Shown: positions 48,501-62,808, numbered from the stretch's first letter. The stretch: DNA of 64,000 nt from Phoronis australis (GCA_002633005.1 NMRA01000610.1:85533-149532), one strand, 5' to 3'. The notes: generated from the letters alone by a model not told the origin. A program made the numbers and translations.

Positions 48501-51500
48501 CAAGAGTAACGTTCAGTGACGTCAGTTCGAAATCGTCTCGAATTTGACAGAGGTACAAAACGAAACCATTTCCCCGGCAGTAAGTAATCTTAATCAAGTC
48601 GTTTTCAGTTATGGAAAGCGGGTTTACAAACGGTTTAAGAGCAGCTTCAAATGATGGCACCGAATGTTCATGGCGTTCTAATACTGCTATTGAAAAAACT
48701 GTCGTTTAATTAAAAACAATATTCTGCTCACGTCTTCCCCCGAGCATCCACAGACAGACCAGAAAAGCGTTTTCAGTGACACGAAATTACACACAGGACT
48801 GCTATAATTAATAACACCCTGTGTACACAAATGACTAGTTCTGAAAATATGGGTGTCACCAGTCAGCTACTAAATTGAAGCAATTAAACAAGTGCAAAAA
48901 TAAAACTATTGTTATTAAGTGAAAGTGATAGGTAAAACACAATAGCAATATTTATGTTGAATTTTAAAGAACATGTTATCTGCAGTACATGTCTACGAGT
49001 GTGTAAGGTGTTTTATCAAGAAAAGAAAAACTCAAAATCAGTTACTAAGGAAAGGAAAAGAGAAGAAACACGTGAGTTAGTTTTCAGTTATTTTAATTCT
49101 AAGATGTACATTAATTTGATTAGCATCATACAAAATTATCACCAATGTTTCAGTCATAGATAAGACCACTACGTATCAACAATAACAGTATACAGTTCAG
49201 TGTTTAAATTGGCACATATGTGAGTTAGCGGCGGCCACACCTTATTAATGTTTTCAAATACAACTAAGTCGGCATGTGAGATTAATAAATATCTACAGTA
49301 ATAGGCGACACGCGTTAGAAAACGAATGAAGGCAGATTTCAAAGTGTGCATAAAACACTGGCCCACGAATATTGAATCTAGTATTAGTGTAAAACTCTGA
49401 CGACTTAACCAGCCCAGCCACAGGTGTGAAAACCATTAGGACATATATCTTAGAGCTATTTTAGTTACCTTTTACTGAGATGTTAAATAAAATGTTTAAA
49501 AACGTCTGAAACCAAAATGGGAACCCTAGATTCCATTGCCCAACTCCAAAGAGGTGAAAAGTCAACATCATCTACAACGTGAATTTGGCACCAACAAGTG
49601 CCTTTATTGGCACAGAACACACAACTGACCAAAAAGTCCTACCGGTTTAAAATTGGAGACTTCAAAAGTGAGCTAAATATAGTCAAATTGAAGAACCATC
49701 CAAGAAATATTAACCCATAAAAATAACAACACCACCTAACAATATTACATAACAACAGGTTATTGGTTGACATAAATCACATAACTGCAGAACGACTCCA
49801 GAGCAACCGAGATTAAAATATACACAGTGAGGACAGGCAGGACTTTTCCAAAGCTTATGCATAGCAGCCTCTCTTTGGCCGTGAGGCGGCCTGCAGGGAG
49901 GCAGACGACTTTAATCATACATGATCATATACCACAGCTTTACCTAGCACAATAGTACACAGGGCTAAATCACGCACTTCATTATACAACAAAAATTGAA
50001 AGGTAAAACATTAACCACTTCCAAAAAACTATAAAATTAAACTCAATTCAATATTATTATTAAATTGAACACAAATTATACAAAATCCACTCCACCCACT
50101 ACAACCAAGACATTTATTTTTCAATTAAAACACGACTCTTCAAAATATTATTTTTGTCACTTTACAATCTTTGTACCTTTTAGAGTGCCTCCACCAAATA
50201 TGGAAAACCCAAGAGATAAAACAACAGTCCAAGCCCCAGGTCTAGTCTCTGAATTCGAAATCTGGCTCGAAAACAGATCAATTGTGTGGTATGTTTAGAG
50301 AAAACTTACAAGTTTGCAGAGTGCTGCATGATTAGTTAAGTTTGAAGTCTCAAGACCGAGCCACGTCTGAGATCAGAGATTAGATCCTGCGCCCCAGAGT
50401 GGAGTACATTTTCACAGCAACTTTTACAAAACAACACCGTATCCCTCTTGGGCATGCATGGTGACTGTGTCAACATGTGATATCATGTGGCTATCATTGC
50501 AAAAAGGTGAGAAAGTGACACCTGTCTCCTACACTGCATCATATGCATAATAGCGCATCAACGACACTCAACGTGTCCATTAAAAATTGACAATAACGTA
50601 GTTTTAAACAAAAATCACGATGTACAAACGAAACATGTAAAACAACATTGATATAATTTCTTTAATCAAGGTTTGAGTTCAAACAGTCCTGGTGCACTAA
50701 CCCAGACTGGGCCCAGAACATGAATAAAATACACAAACACAGCATGGGACCATGCAGGGGGAAATTTGGTGTTGCATTGTGGGTAATTATAAAACTAGGC
50801 TAATAATCTCATAGGCAATCATACCTCACAGGCCGGTTATGTGCGTAAATATGTACACGAAAGTTTGGGAACTAAAACTAGTCTACGTAACGTGCCGTGG
50901 TCGGTTCTAATCGGTCTTGCACCGCAATAACTGGCAGACTTCCCGATCTTCCCAAAAAATGGCACGGCAAGCCTCGTTACTTGAAACAAAAGATAAAATT
51001 CAGCATAAGTAGTTTCAAAACCAGAGCACAATAGTGAGCATTCACAACAAGTAAACAAAATTTCATTTTTGCTGCGTTAGTAAAAATATAAAATGTCAGA
51101 TGGATAATTGCGAAATACCGTAATACAATATACAACACACTCCTATGAGGTATGATGAGAGTGATTCAACTAATAAATAAATGAAAATGGCAAAGAAAAT
51201 GTGTAAACAAAACGACTACAAGCCTGCGTTCGTCCAAGAAGAGAACTTTGATTTAGATCCCCTACCTCTGTAAAATTAATCTCTTCTCGTTACTTACTCA
51301 AAATGGGAGGTGATTTTTGACTTTGAAAAGAACCGACAGCTTGCTATTTCTTGAGACCATGCACGGTGCATAAAATGACACATGGTGACAAACTAATTTG
51401 GAAACCCTTGTCTAATGCAATAACATCCCGTTCTATCAAAGCCCTGAAATCACCTTCAGTTTGAACAAGGAATAATTTGAGACCAATTTCATGACGGTAA

Positions 51501-53181
51501 GTAGACTAAATCGTAAGTTGGTTTGTGTGATGGTAGGCGGACTAATGCACGCTTTAACACAACAAAGCAAGAATTGTATATTAAGCAACTCCACAAAACC
51601 ATTGACTTAACAAGTGAACTGTTTATGAACACAGTATTTACTGCGAGGTTCTCCACTGACAGTGGTACCAGACCTTACCTAGGTTCACAGGGCTAACCAA
51701 CAGAACGAGCACTGCACCAGCTAGACACTATAACTGGGACACCACCACACAATCCCTGCACCTAAATCTGTCTGGCCAGGATTTGTGATACAGTAGTTTT
51801 CAGACGAAAGTTGATGAAATTTCTCTTCGTCGAAAAATTGGTGAAATTTCCGAACAAAACATTTATGGAAAATTTCAAATGATTCAATGTTATTTTTCAC
51901 CTGTTTTCTTTTTGAGTTTTTACCATGATTTCACTCGAAGGAATTCTGAGAAATTTTCAGTTTTTTTGAAAACTGCTCCACACATTGTGCCCACATCACA
52001 AGTTCTTATTTGAAAAACATGGTGTTTCAATTTCAAAGGTGCAGGGTGTGGTCTTAAGCCTGAGGTGCGAGCTGTTGATAGGCTCTTTGAACAGCAAACA
52101 AATACATTTCAGAGCTGACTTGCCAGTCGACTATGCGTTACTACGGCAGAGGGTCGGAATTAAACATGACAACATTATGACAAGTGAATTTAATTCTTCA
52201 CTATAAAATATCGTCAAGCACTGCTGTTCCCAAAATTGAGTAAAAGCTGGTAAGCTCGCCGTTCATTAAAAGGTAATAAGTTTCATGGGTGGCAGGTAAC
52301 AGCTTTAAAATTGAGAGTACATCACAAATAATGTCAAGGTATTCAAAAGTAACCAAGCAACTCTGTGATCTCTGCCGAATAATCTGCACATGGCGCTGGA
52401 CAGTACTTAAAACTGGTCAGATTTAGCACCATTTGACAGTATACCATCGCAGAGCAACTGCAGACGACAGAACAGGCGCTGCAGCCCAGCTGACCACAGA
52501 AACTAGCCTGAAGTTGTTTACATGTGCCAAACTTTGCAGACTTTTAGGCAAGAGTGGATTTAAGCCAAGAAAGTGAACCATTCTGCGCAAACAGCTGAGT
52601 AGAACACGGAAATAAAGTCCATCGGAATCACCAATACGTTATAACATAAAAATCTTTAGAACTAAGATTTGGTTGTTTATATCTTTGCAAAACATGTAGA
52701 TTCCTGTACTGCACGCCCCCGACACTAAAGCTCGTTTAATTACGACACACAGAAGTCAGATTTCCACTTATGATAACTTGGACAAAGTTCTGCAGTACAG
52801 TACTTATATAGTTCCTGCAAATCGACCCTTACGATAATCTAGATTCTGCCTTATTCTCATAAAATCTCAAGGTCTAGTTAGATCCGTATTTTACAGTAAA
52901 TCTGCTTTTATTGTTTGTATGTGGGAGCAGCTTTGCAAAAAATGCTCATTCAGATATAATGGTATTAAAACTATAATGACTTTGAATTTCGCCCGGATAT
53001 TTACAGAGGTCTTAAAATTGAGCAACAGACACTTTAATTTAAGCTCACAATGGCTACACACAGCATAGTCAACACAGATAGAAGAGTTAAGAGAACAAAA
53101 TTTTGACTTTTAACAGAATGTTTTAAAAGTAAGCGAAAGGAATAATCACACAATTAACGCAATGAAAATTGTCTTAATTAT

Positions 53182-54749
53182 TTAGAAATCGCGTCTATAC
53201 CGACCGCGTCTACCACTACTGTCGTAAGAATCTCTCTGACTTACTTTGCTCGACGTCTTATTGCGTGGTGGACGGTTGCGGATGTTTCGGCGTTCCCGAT
53301 CAAACTCCAGGTCTTCAAGTCGCTGTGTCAAAGCCAGCTTTTGTTGTATCGCCATGCGCAAGAGGGAGTTAAGCGTCTTCTTTTCTTCTTCAGCTGCCAC
53401 AATCTGTCGCTGAAGCTCGTCAAGTTGTGTCACGTACTCGTCGCAGCGTTGCGCAAACATCCCACGGAGCGAGGCGAACGTTGCTGCATCCTCTTTCAAA
53501 CTCTTTAACTCATTGCGCAGCTTCGTCATCGTGTCCGTCACGATGAGCTTCTCGGTTTCGTATTTCTGCTTAAGGTTGGCGAGAGCAATCTCGGCCGTGG
53601 ATTTGTTCGCTTTGAGCACGCTACGCAGTGTGGCGATTTGCTCGCGCTTCGTCGACAGCATAGCTTTGTACTTAACGACCTGCTCTTGCAAGTCTTTAAT
53701 ATCGCTTTCCGTGCCAGTCTCATTCTCGTGCTGCCGAGCACGCTCAAGAGTCTGCTCTATTGCACGACGTAGATACCGCACCTGGTCCTGAACAGTCTCT
53801 GCCAGTTTGTTACACGTGACTAGATCTGCTTTGTCCTCCTCCAGATCTGGCGCCTCGGAACTAGCGCGGGAATCATCATCACCTGTGATTGAAACGCTCG
53901 ATTTGTCACTAACAGAGTCAGCGTCCTTATTATTGCTTTCCTGACGGGCAAGATTCAGATCAATTTTGGCATTTCGGACGTGATCCAACATGACTCTACT
54001 TGGCGTTTGTCCATTGGCCTCGCACACCAAATGATACAACACTGCAATCTCACTGGTTGCCTTGACGAGCTCGTCCTGAATGCTATTCACTTCGGTTTGC
54101 ACTGACGATGGCAAGCTCGAGGCTTCCAGCTCCTTGATAGTGGCCTCGTATTCCGAAATTTTACTGCGAAGTTTCGTTACGTCATCCTGCCAATCCATGT
54201 CGCCATTTTCCTTTTTAATGTCTGTCTGACCACGAAATTTGGCAATCTGACCCTGGAGTTCAGCGACCTGCTGCATAGCAGTGGAGTATTTCCTCTTTAG
54301 GCTGGCGACTTCCACCGAGTCATCCTCCCGCTCTTCTAAGTCCATTGACTCGACTTCTGAGCACAAGAGCTCAGCATCCCTCAATGTCTTAGCAGCGCTC
54401 AGACTGTCCTCCAGTTTTGAAATCACGGCCTGTTTTGATTCAAGCTCTTGCTGAACATTTTCAAGCTCTTTGCGAGATTCCTCAAGGGCGGCTTCGAACT
54501 CCGACCTCTCAGTTTGTGCTTGATCAAGGAGATCTTCTAGTTTCTTCACTTCGCTCATGTGAAGTTCACTCAAAAGATCGCCACTGAATCCCTGACCGCT
54601 GGACGTGTCCGGTTTGCGTGGCGAGGCAAAGTCAGCTTCAATCTTTCTCAGCGGGTGACTGTCGCGTTCATCTGCGTCATCGTCGTGTTCTGTTGTGTGA
54701 TTGGTCGGAAATTTTGCTGACAAGTTAGGATCATTCAAACCCATTTGTC
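53182..54749 (-). CDS. BICD: BicD large terminal coding exon
   Basis: tatag acceptor at 54750-54751, 1568 nt to TAA; corresponds to ORF 53182..54774. Confidence 0.95.
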
Positions 54750-57329
54750 CTATAATGAAATGCAGGTTGTTCATTGATTGTAAAAACTAGAATAAACGAC
54801 TTTGAACCAGCTTGAGTTGCATTCTTTTCAACTGAACAATCAAAGCCCAGTCTGCTAAAGGTAGATTTGAAAACAACTCCATGTATTGCATAAGCATAGA
54901 CAGCAAGAATAAATGCGAGGTCATAACAGAACACCACAGAGGTCAGAACTGTGCTCTCTCTTCATGAGGATCCATAAAGGTACGTATTGAAGCACAAAAA
55001 ATGCCACAATGGGGCGCTACAGCAGTCGGAACTGTCCGAAAATCAAGCACAGCCCTGTTCTCTGCAATATGTCCACCATAGCCCAAGTTCGTGAAGTCTC
55101 ATCAGAGAACATGGTTAATAGACATTAACGCAAACACCTAGAAAATTAAAAATTAAAATTGCCACTAGGGGGCACCGCAATAGTTATGTAAAAAAATCAA
55201 TGTCTACCATAAGGTACTCTCTTCATCATGAACTCATCTGCCACCATTAATGCTGATTACTCTTACGGATTGGCGAAAAGGGAGACGGAAGTGAAAAGAT
55301 GACCATCAGAGGGCGCCGAACAAGCCAAATACATCCCAGACTAGGCACTTGTTGTTAATATCATATTGCGGTAGACAAAAAAAATGAGACTAGGTTGAAC
55401 CAGCTCCTCATGGACGTGTTTGGTTGCCCCTGATTTTTCCACTGGTTCTAGGGATCCCTTTGAACCACTCTTGCTGGGGTTTTGCCACGTTTTTGCATTT
55501 TACGGTTCTGAACAAACAATGCCCTCGGTCCCCCTCTCTCTCTCTTCCCTTTTCTCTCAACCCTCCCTACCCCGCCAGAACTACAAAAGCGCCAGCGTTC
55601 TTACCAGCAAGTATTTCCAGGTTGAACATGGATTCATTGTTGATCCTGGTGTCCAGCTCCTTCTTCAGGGCATGTTTTTGCTCACGCTCCTGCTGTAGCG
55701 AGACGAGTGCCTCCTCCATGTTATTCTCAATAATCTTCTTCAGGCTCAACGTCTCCTCGAGCTGAACGTTCAGGTCAACAGTCTCCTCATGCAATCGTTT
55801 GATCTCGTGTTTCATCGCTTCATAGTCCACCTACGATAACAGATAAAGAGTCGTAACGATGACAACACTCTATTTTTCAAAGCAAATTCAAAGGTGCAAT
55901 GAGTCCGTGCCGCTAATCAAAAGTGGCTGTTGATTTAGGTCAATAACCATCATTATGAAATCTATCTTGTCTTGCTCGACGGATTAGAAATGAGTTCTAG
56001 GCTCAGAAAGAAGTGGTCAGATTTGCTTCAGATCAGTTGCATGTCGATTACAAGTTCCGTCCACACACACAAACACACACAGACTTACCATAAAGCAACT
56101 TGCACTAGCGCAACTTGCCGAAATTTAAGTGGAGCATCCACACACACACACACACACACATTCTATAACTAGCGCACGGCGGAGGTTGTCGCTCTGTACA
56201 CGACAATGAACAGATGATTCGAATACGGCAAGCAAAAGAAGACCCATCTGTATGTAACCGTAGCTAATATATACATCGGCCTTGTCTTAAGTTTGAGGCC
56301 AAACAGCGATAAGAACTGGCACAAGTAATGCCAAAACAAGTTACCCTACCTCAATAACATGGAGTAAGCTGTTACAAGCGGAGTAAGTTGCACTAGTTTA
56401 GAGAGCGTCTAGACGGCCTCCAAAACTTAGCAACAACTTGTTCCAGGAGTAAGTTATTCTAGGGTAAGTTTGTGAGTGGATGGCACTATTGAAGCACAAT
56501 AGACGTCATGGCAATTCCAGGCATTTTATTGGAAACAATTTCAATTCAAACAAAGTATAGCGTAAAACTGCCATACGCCAGTAATACAGAAGATTTTGAC
56601 ACAACAGAACAAGGCCTAGGACAGCTTTAAATATTCTCCAGCAGTATTACTTATAGACAGATTCTTCGTACATACTGGAACCTGAAGCTTGGCTAGGCAT
56701 CACGCTTACCATTACTCTCACAAGTCTACAAAATGCACGCTTCAGACTCGTGCTAATGCATGATTTCAAGACATCAAAATGTTGATGGAAAAAGTTTCAA
56801 CCATTTTCTTACCACAGACGTGTGCAGTAAAATGACCCATTTTTTCCAAAATCTCACTTCCATGGAAATTGATACAGACATGAAAATTTTCACAGAAATT
56901 CTAGTACTGTGAGTTTCAAAACAAAGTATTCTAGTCCTTTCAACCACATAACTCTGCTGACAAAAACCTAGTTCTTAATTGATCACTAATTGTAATCTCA
57001 GACCCACACTGTGGCCTACCTTCTTCAGGATCTCCAGACCCATATCACAGCCTACCTGTGATTGCTTCAGTTGAAGCATTGTTTCTACAGTGACATTTTC
57101 TTCAAGGATCTCCACAGACCCATATCACAGCCTAGATGAGATTGCTTCAGTTAAAGCATTGTTTCTACAGACTGATATTTTCTTCAAGAATCTCCACAGA
57201 CCCATATCACAGCCTAGATGCGATTACTTCAGTTGAAGCAGTTGTTTCTGCAGAATGATATACATTTTCTTCAAGGATCTCCGCACCCTTAGCCTACCTA
57301 CAATTGCTTCAATTGAAACAGTTGTATCT

Positions 57330-57406
<77 letters not shown>

Positions 57407-58949
57407 TANTCGTTTTCTTAGTTACAAGAACAGATTGCTCAGCACAAAAAAATCATTCTCCAGTCATTTCTCCAGTCATTATGAGAGAATATTTAGGAAG
57501 GCAATATCACTGCTTTTTTAAACTTTGTCTCCAGCGTTCGTAACATAGTCACAGGGGGCACAATGGACTATAGTCCATCTGTTCATTGCCAACTATCTGT
57601 ACTGGTCAAAATTTATTTCAATTTTTTATTCGACCCCCCCCTCTCCCTTCACTGCAAAGCACCCTCAGGTTACCACTCATTTCAGCCTCTCCCCGCCAAC
57701 AATTTTATGTTTGACACCATTACTTCACTGCTGGAAAAGAATTGGTGAAATTTGAAGATACGGAAATCTACATTCACATATTTTCTGTGGTTCAAAAACC
57801 TGTTTTCCTACAGCAGGTTAAAATTAGTAACTCAATTAACTAATGAACAGTTGGAATGAAAATAAAGGTATTCCCCACGTCATACAAAAGCAGTCCCATG
57901 TGACCACAGTTTCATTTTCATTTCAAAAACACAATTTTCATCTGTTTGCTTTCAAAAAGGTTTTCATCCACGCATATTAATTTTCTTGTCTATACAACAG
58001 AAAACACAATTTTCCTATATGCATTTGCAACTAGTTTGCCATGCAAAGATATCACTACCGTACCATTTTCTGATCCATGCAACTACATTAATTTGACAAA
58101 AAATGCTAATTTTCCGTAGCGTTTTCAATTCAATATACAATTTTTTTATCATTTTCCCATCTATACATGTAAGCGTGACATCAGTGCTTCTGAAAAGTCA
58201 TGTTTCCATCATCCTCACAAATACAACAAATTAGTTTAAAAAAATCCACCCTGGAGAGTATTTTCAAAACGATCGTCGTGGGATTTTTAGTCGACATTTT
58301 CAGAATATAACTAAGAACAAAAGGCATGCCTACAAAGAAAAAATTGAATTTTCAAATGGACATGCAATCATGTAAGCATCCCTAAAAGCCAGTAAAAAAA
58401 CATTGCAATAACATGTGGCTGCAAGTGCAATGAATGAACTATTAAAATCTGGGGAATTCCCTTCCCATCATTCCCTTTTCACTATCAACACTTCCACCAT
58501 GAGTTCACCTTTGACCTCAAAGCACTAAATGTGCTTGCCTTTCATTCCCATACACACATATATCACATGAAATGAATAAAGAGCAAAGAAATTTTGAACA
58601 TTTTAACCTCATGTTCACGAAGGGTCCAACAGACCTGCCTCGCTACGGAAATGTGAGTCTAGCTCCAATCAGCACCTTACTTGCCAACATGATTTATTGC
58701 AATATTTCCAAAATAGACATTTTCATGACTTACTTGTTGTGTGAGTTCATGGTTGGCTGCGACCAGTCGCTGGTTCTCGCCCTGGAATCTCTCCAGGGCT
58801 TGTTTGGCTGCCCTGAGATCATTCTCCAGCTCCACAATACTGGCTGTCAAAGAGGCCTCTCTGGTCGCAGTCTCTTCCAGGAAGTTCTCTTCCTGGTTGA
58901 TGCCAAGTTCACTGTGTTTCTTATGGTCCACTTGAAGACGGTTTAGAGC
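53182..58949 (-). CDS. BICD: Bicaudal-D dynein adaptor gene, 5'-partial, one conserved internal exon not present
   Basis: Exons 58949-58734, 55830-55605, 54749-53182. Coiled coil with BicD hallmarks VDYEAMKHEIKRL, DLLSELHMSEVKKLE, LYHLVCEANGQTPSRVMLD, LSTKREQIATLRSVLKANKSTAE, DAATFASLRGMF, KKTLNSLLRMAIQQKLALTQRLEDLE. Confidence 0.95.
55605..55830 (-). CDS. BICD: BicD exon (VDYEAMKHE...FNLEILAG)
   Basis: cgtag/gtaag boundaries, 226 nt, phase 0/1. Confidence 0.92.
57015..57330 (-). repeat. ~83-88 bp tandem repeat (about 4 copies) derived from a BicD exon 3' end plus splice donor
   Basis: Minus-strand units read CTTGAAGAAAAT..CTGYAGAAACAA.TGCTTCAACTGAAGCAATCACAG|GTAGGC. Confidence 0.8.
57331..57406. 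repeat. (CAGA)n microsatellite, ~19 units, ending at a single-N join
   Basis: Directly visible; n at 57409. Confidence 0.98.
58734..58949 (-). CDS. BICD: BicD exon (ALNRLQVDHKK...NHELTQQ)
   Basis: tttaag/gtaagt boundaries, 216 nt, phase 0/0. Confidence 0.9.
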
Positions 58950-59648
58950 CTTAAAAAGAAAGGACATATTTTGTAAACAAGATTTCGACAAAGCATCTTT
59001 TGGCAAATGTTCAAGAATACAATTGCCGAGCAGGGGTGGGTGCTACCTAAGTTCATACTCAATGAAATACCTAATAGACAATAGGGCAAACAGAGGGAAT
59101 ACCAGGCGATGCCAACACAATGAAAAGTCACACCTGAGTTCATAACAAAACTAGCTCCCAGTCCCAGGCTACACAAAGACAAAACACCTACCAGCACTCG
59201 ATTTGACGACCTGCAGTTTGTGCCTGGCAACCTAAGAAAAACATCAAGGCAGGTCTGGTACCAACCAAAACAGCCCACCACATCACACTAAACAAACACA
59301 CATGACAGCTGCTGACTTCAACAATACCGCAATCAGACTGGATTTATTGATCAAAGAACAGTGGGCTTAGTACTGTATGTGTAATAAATTCGACTTTCCC
59401 AACCTACGATGAAATGTCTTTAATTTCAGAGAAAAAACATTGCCAAAATTGCAATTTCAAGGCCTTCAAACCAATGTCGTCAATAGTTACAATTTTTCAA
59501 AATGTCTGTTGGCAGCTATTGTAGAGAACTTGGGATGGAAATCATTAATTTGGTGCTATGCATCACGTAAAAATGAGAAAACAAAATGTCATTTATCCGC
59601 CATTTTCTGTATTAAACTGACGAGATAACAGGCCCCAGTTTAACAACC

Positions 59649-59775
59649 AACTTTCCCACAATGGCAAGATATTACCGATATGAAGGGGTGGGCACCATAG
59701 GTAGGTAGATTTAACTTTCCCACCATGGCAAGATATTAACGATATGAAGAGGGGCACTACAGGTAGGTAGATTAC
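59649..59775. repeat. ~63-bp tandem duplication
   Basis: AACTTTCCCAC.ATGGCAAGATATTA.CGATATGAAG...GGTAGGTAGATT twice. Confidence 0.85.
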
Positions 59776-61399
59776 TATCATGGCACGATACCAATTAACC
59801 CATCAACAGGATTTTGAGTGATTGCTTAACTGACAAATTAGAATGCAGCATTCTTGACACACCTTCGTTTCCAAGCCGCCATTTTACCCGACAAACAATG
59901 CGTTGTCGGGTAAAACTTATTGTTTGTAGACTTTAGGTAAGGGGGTGGAGCTTGCGATAGGTCAATTTAGGACACAATTGAATAGGTGGAATTTGATTTT
60001 CTCAATTATTCAGAAATGATGATGTACACTACTAGTATGATGGTTTGCTATATAAAATTCTGTACCAAAGCTACCAACAGAAAATATTTTGAAAAAATTT
60101 TGGGCATTCACCAACAATGTTTGAAAACTGAAGAAAGAACAATTTGGCAATAATTTTTGTCCGAAATTGGTGAGATTTTACAGTATTTTTCACCCTATGT
60201 ATTAGAATATAATGTGAAAATGTCGACTACCACAAACTCAAAAGAGAAATGTCACTTGCCAGAGACTAGGTACTCAAAATGAATTTCAAAGGTAATTTTG
60301 ATGGCTGATTCGCTTGGAATTAATGAATAAAAGAAACCTCTTTTTAATTTCGAACCGCGGTTTGCCACCCTGTGGGATGTGACAGCCAGGTGATAAAACC
60401 TGAATGCAGGCAGTTATACTGGTACTGATACTATAAGGCACTGCTCCACCACCCAAAAATTTCCAGTAGCCCTGTAACAGTTTCCCACTGGCCAAGATAC
60501 GCGGTATTCTGTATTAGATCAATTTCGTCAAACAATTGCTGTCTGTGAATCATAGAACCACACACTGTATCATCCCTCAATGCTCAAACAAATTGCCTGC
60601 TGAAGTGATCTAATCAGTCATGTGCAACAACCAAACCCTACTGTAACACCCTGCAGGTGTCCTCACACACACAGCTGGCCTGCAGACAACAGCTTGAGAG
60701 AGAAACAGTTGACCCTCAGTGCTACACATGTGATAAATCAATGTTAGTTCACAGACAATCAATAACCATTTGGATATAGATGCCACAACATGAAATAACC
60801 TTTGTCACTAGATGGCGATAAGAGTATTCAATGGACAAATGTTCAGCGCCATCTAGAGTTCCTTTATCCTCGATGGAGATTTTTACATGCAGTGGGATTC
60901 ACAGGATTTTTTAAGTCATCATGATCACCATGCCATCCAATTATCACTGCATGTCTATTCTGGGGATAACAGGATCTTTTTGTGGGTGAAACCAAGAGAA
61001 TTTGCCATTGACATTTTTCAACAATCTAGATTGTGATGTCATTTTCATAACCAATGTGGATGAAAAAAGACTTTTCGAACATTACCCTGAGACCCACTCA
61101 ACCTTCTGTTATTTCCCTGACCCTAAACAATAGACCACAACCACCGATGCTATTTTTGGCCTTACCACAATTGCTCTAAATCCTCCTTAATTGTTAAGAG
61201 CACTTTGGGCCTATAGTGCCATTTACACTTAAAGTTGACACATATCAGCTGACACAGAATGAGTTGTTCCAGCTCAAGTATGTGTGTAAACAGGACTGAC
61301 ACGGAGCAAACTGACACCGCGGTGACAACTTTTGCCACCCGTTTATGAGGTAGAGCAATTTGCACAAGAACATCTTGCTCCCTGTCAATTATTTGTCTA

Positions 61400-61600
61400 A
61401 AAGCGAAACTGGGGCAAGGCGGAAAGGATAATCTCTACCAAGCTTGAGCAATGACCTAAATACGGGTTCTCTGTCTCTTCAAATCTCGTCATTTGTAAAC
61501 CTGCGCATGTGTGATTCACTCGCCAGCCTACAATTTTCGTCTTGCCGCAGTTAGTGAGTTGTGTGTGTAAAAGGACGCTTGACACCGATCAGTTTGCGCA
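61400..61600 (-). mobile_element. Possible highly decayed LINE reverse transcriptase fragment
   Basis: ORF 61397..61585 has NCGKTKIV ... EETENPYLG, resembling the non-LTR RT motifs 'N..KTK' and 'YLG'; weak. Confidence 0.3.
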
Positions 61601-62808
61601 GGGTCAAAAGTTGATGTCTAAACGAGACTTATGTTTATTGTTAACAAGTGAGGACATGGTAGCTGGGTTCTTTGTCGACAAAATCACAGTCACTTACCAT
61701 TCCTTAGTTTCCCTCCTCAAATTCAACTAATTCTTTCTTGATTTAATTTCTTGACTTGGCAAATAACAAATTCCTGAGCTAGTTTTCAATTCAGAACGAG
61801 TTTAACCCAGCCAAGAGCAAACCTTGTTCATTACATGGTGAAATGAAGTTCTGTTGCTTTGCAATAAAATGCGTCGATTTGTTTGTTTCTTTGATAGCAC
61901 ACCACAGGTCACATTTTAAGTCCAATAAAAATGGAATTTACATACATCTTGTGAATGGCTCGAAACATATCATTTTTAGTTAAAATCGGAAGCAAGACGC
62001 CATTGCGGAGACCATTTGTTTTTGTTTGTGGAGCTACAGCTCTGCTGGTCCTGGATGGAGGGATTTTTCTGATTTTGTTCTTTGGACAGATCATTTCACA
62101 GGTTATCGGGAGTGTGCCATTTATTTTTCTCTAGGACTTACTGTTTTCAATGACTGCTTTCAAATTGTTTTTGTGCCATATCTTTGGTATACCTAGTCAA
62201 TACATCTGTCTGAAACTAGTATCTGGATGAATCGTTTCAAGCGTTATCAGCATAGTGAAATTCGACTTACCGTTCTCGAGATATTCGCGATTTGCTGATC
62301 AAATGACTATTCTGTTTTGACTTATTTCTAGCTGCACTTCATTGGTAGAGATTACGTTCTGCGTGAAATTTAGTACAGTGTTTATCTAGTCAATAACTAG
62401 AGTACCTTTGTTTAAGGGTGATATCGGATGCAAGATGGTGCTGTGACAGCCAGTTTTTGATTCACATAACGTGGAATAGTCGTGAGGACTTGACTCGGAC
62501 CTCAGGAGTCTAACGCTCCACCGGCTTATCTACACTAATTTGAAAAGGCTTTGTCCAGTCACGCATTGTGGGTCATAATGCAAGTCATGTTTCTTCAGGC
62601 AGCTCTTATCACCAGATCATCTGCTTCACGGGCACTAAAATGTAATCGGCTGTGATCCTAGACCGTCCGGAGTTGCTCCATTGACAACTCAGGATGATCT
62701 CTAACCATAATTTAACGTTACCTGTTAGAGGTCCTACCTCCACGATCCTTTGACCGAACTTGTCAAATAGGGTTTGCAAATAGTTCCCTTCACAGGTAAT
62801 CAGCAATG

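Noticed and set aside
53513-58946. + strand ORFs antisense to BicD exons (also those antisense to TRMU, CLIC and IPPK exons)
   Set aside because: Shadow ORFs of real coding exons on the opposite strand.
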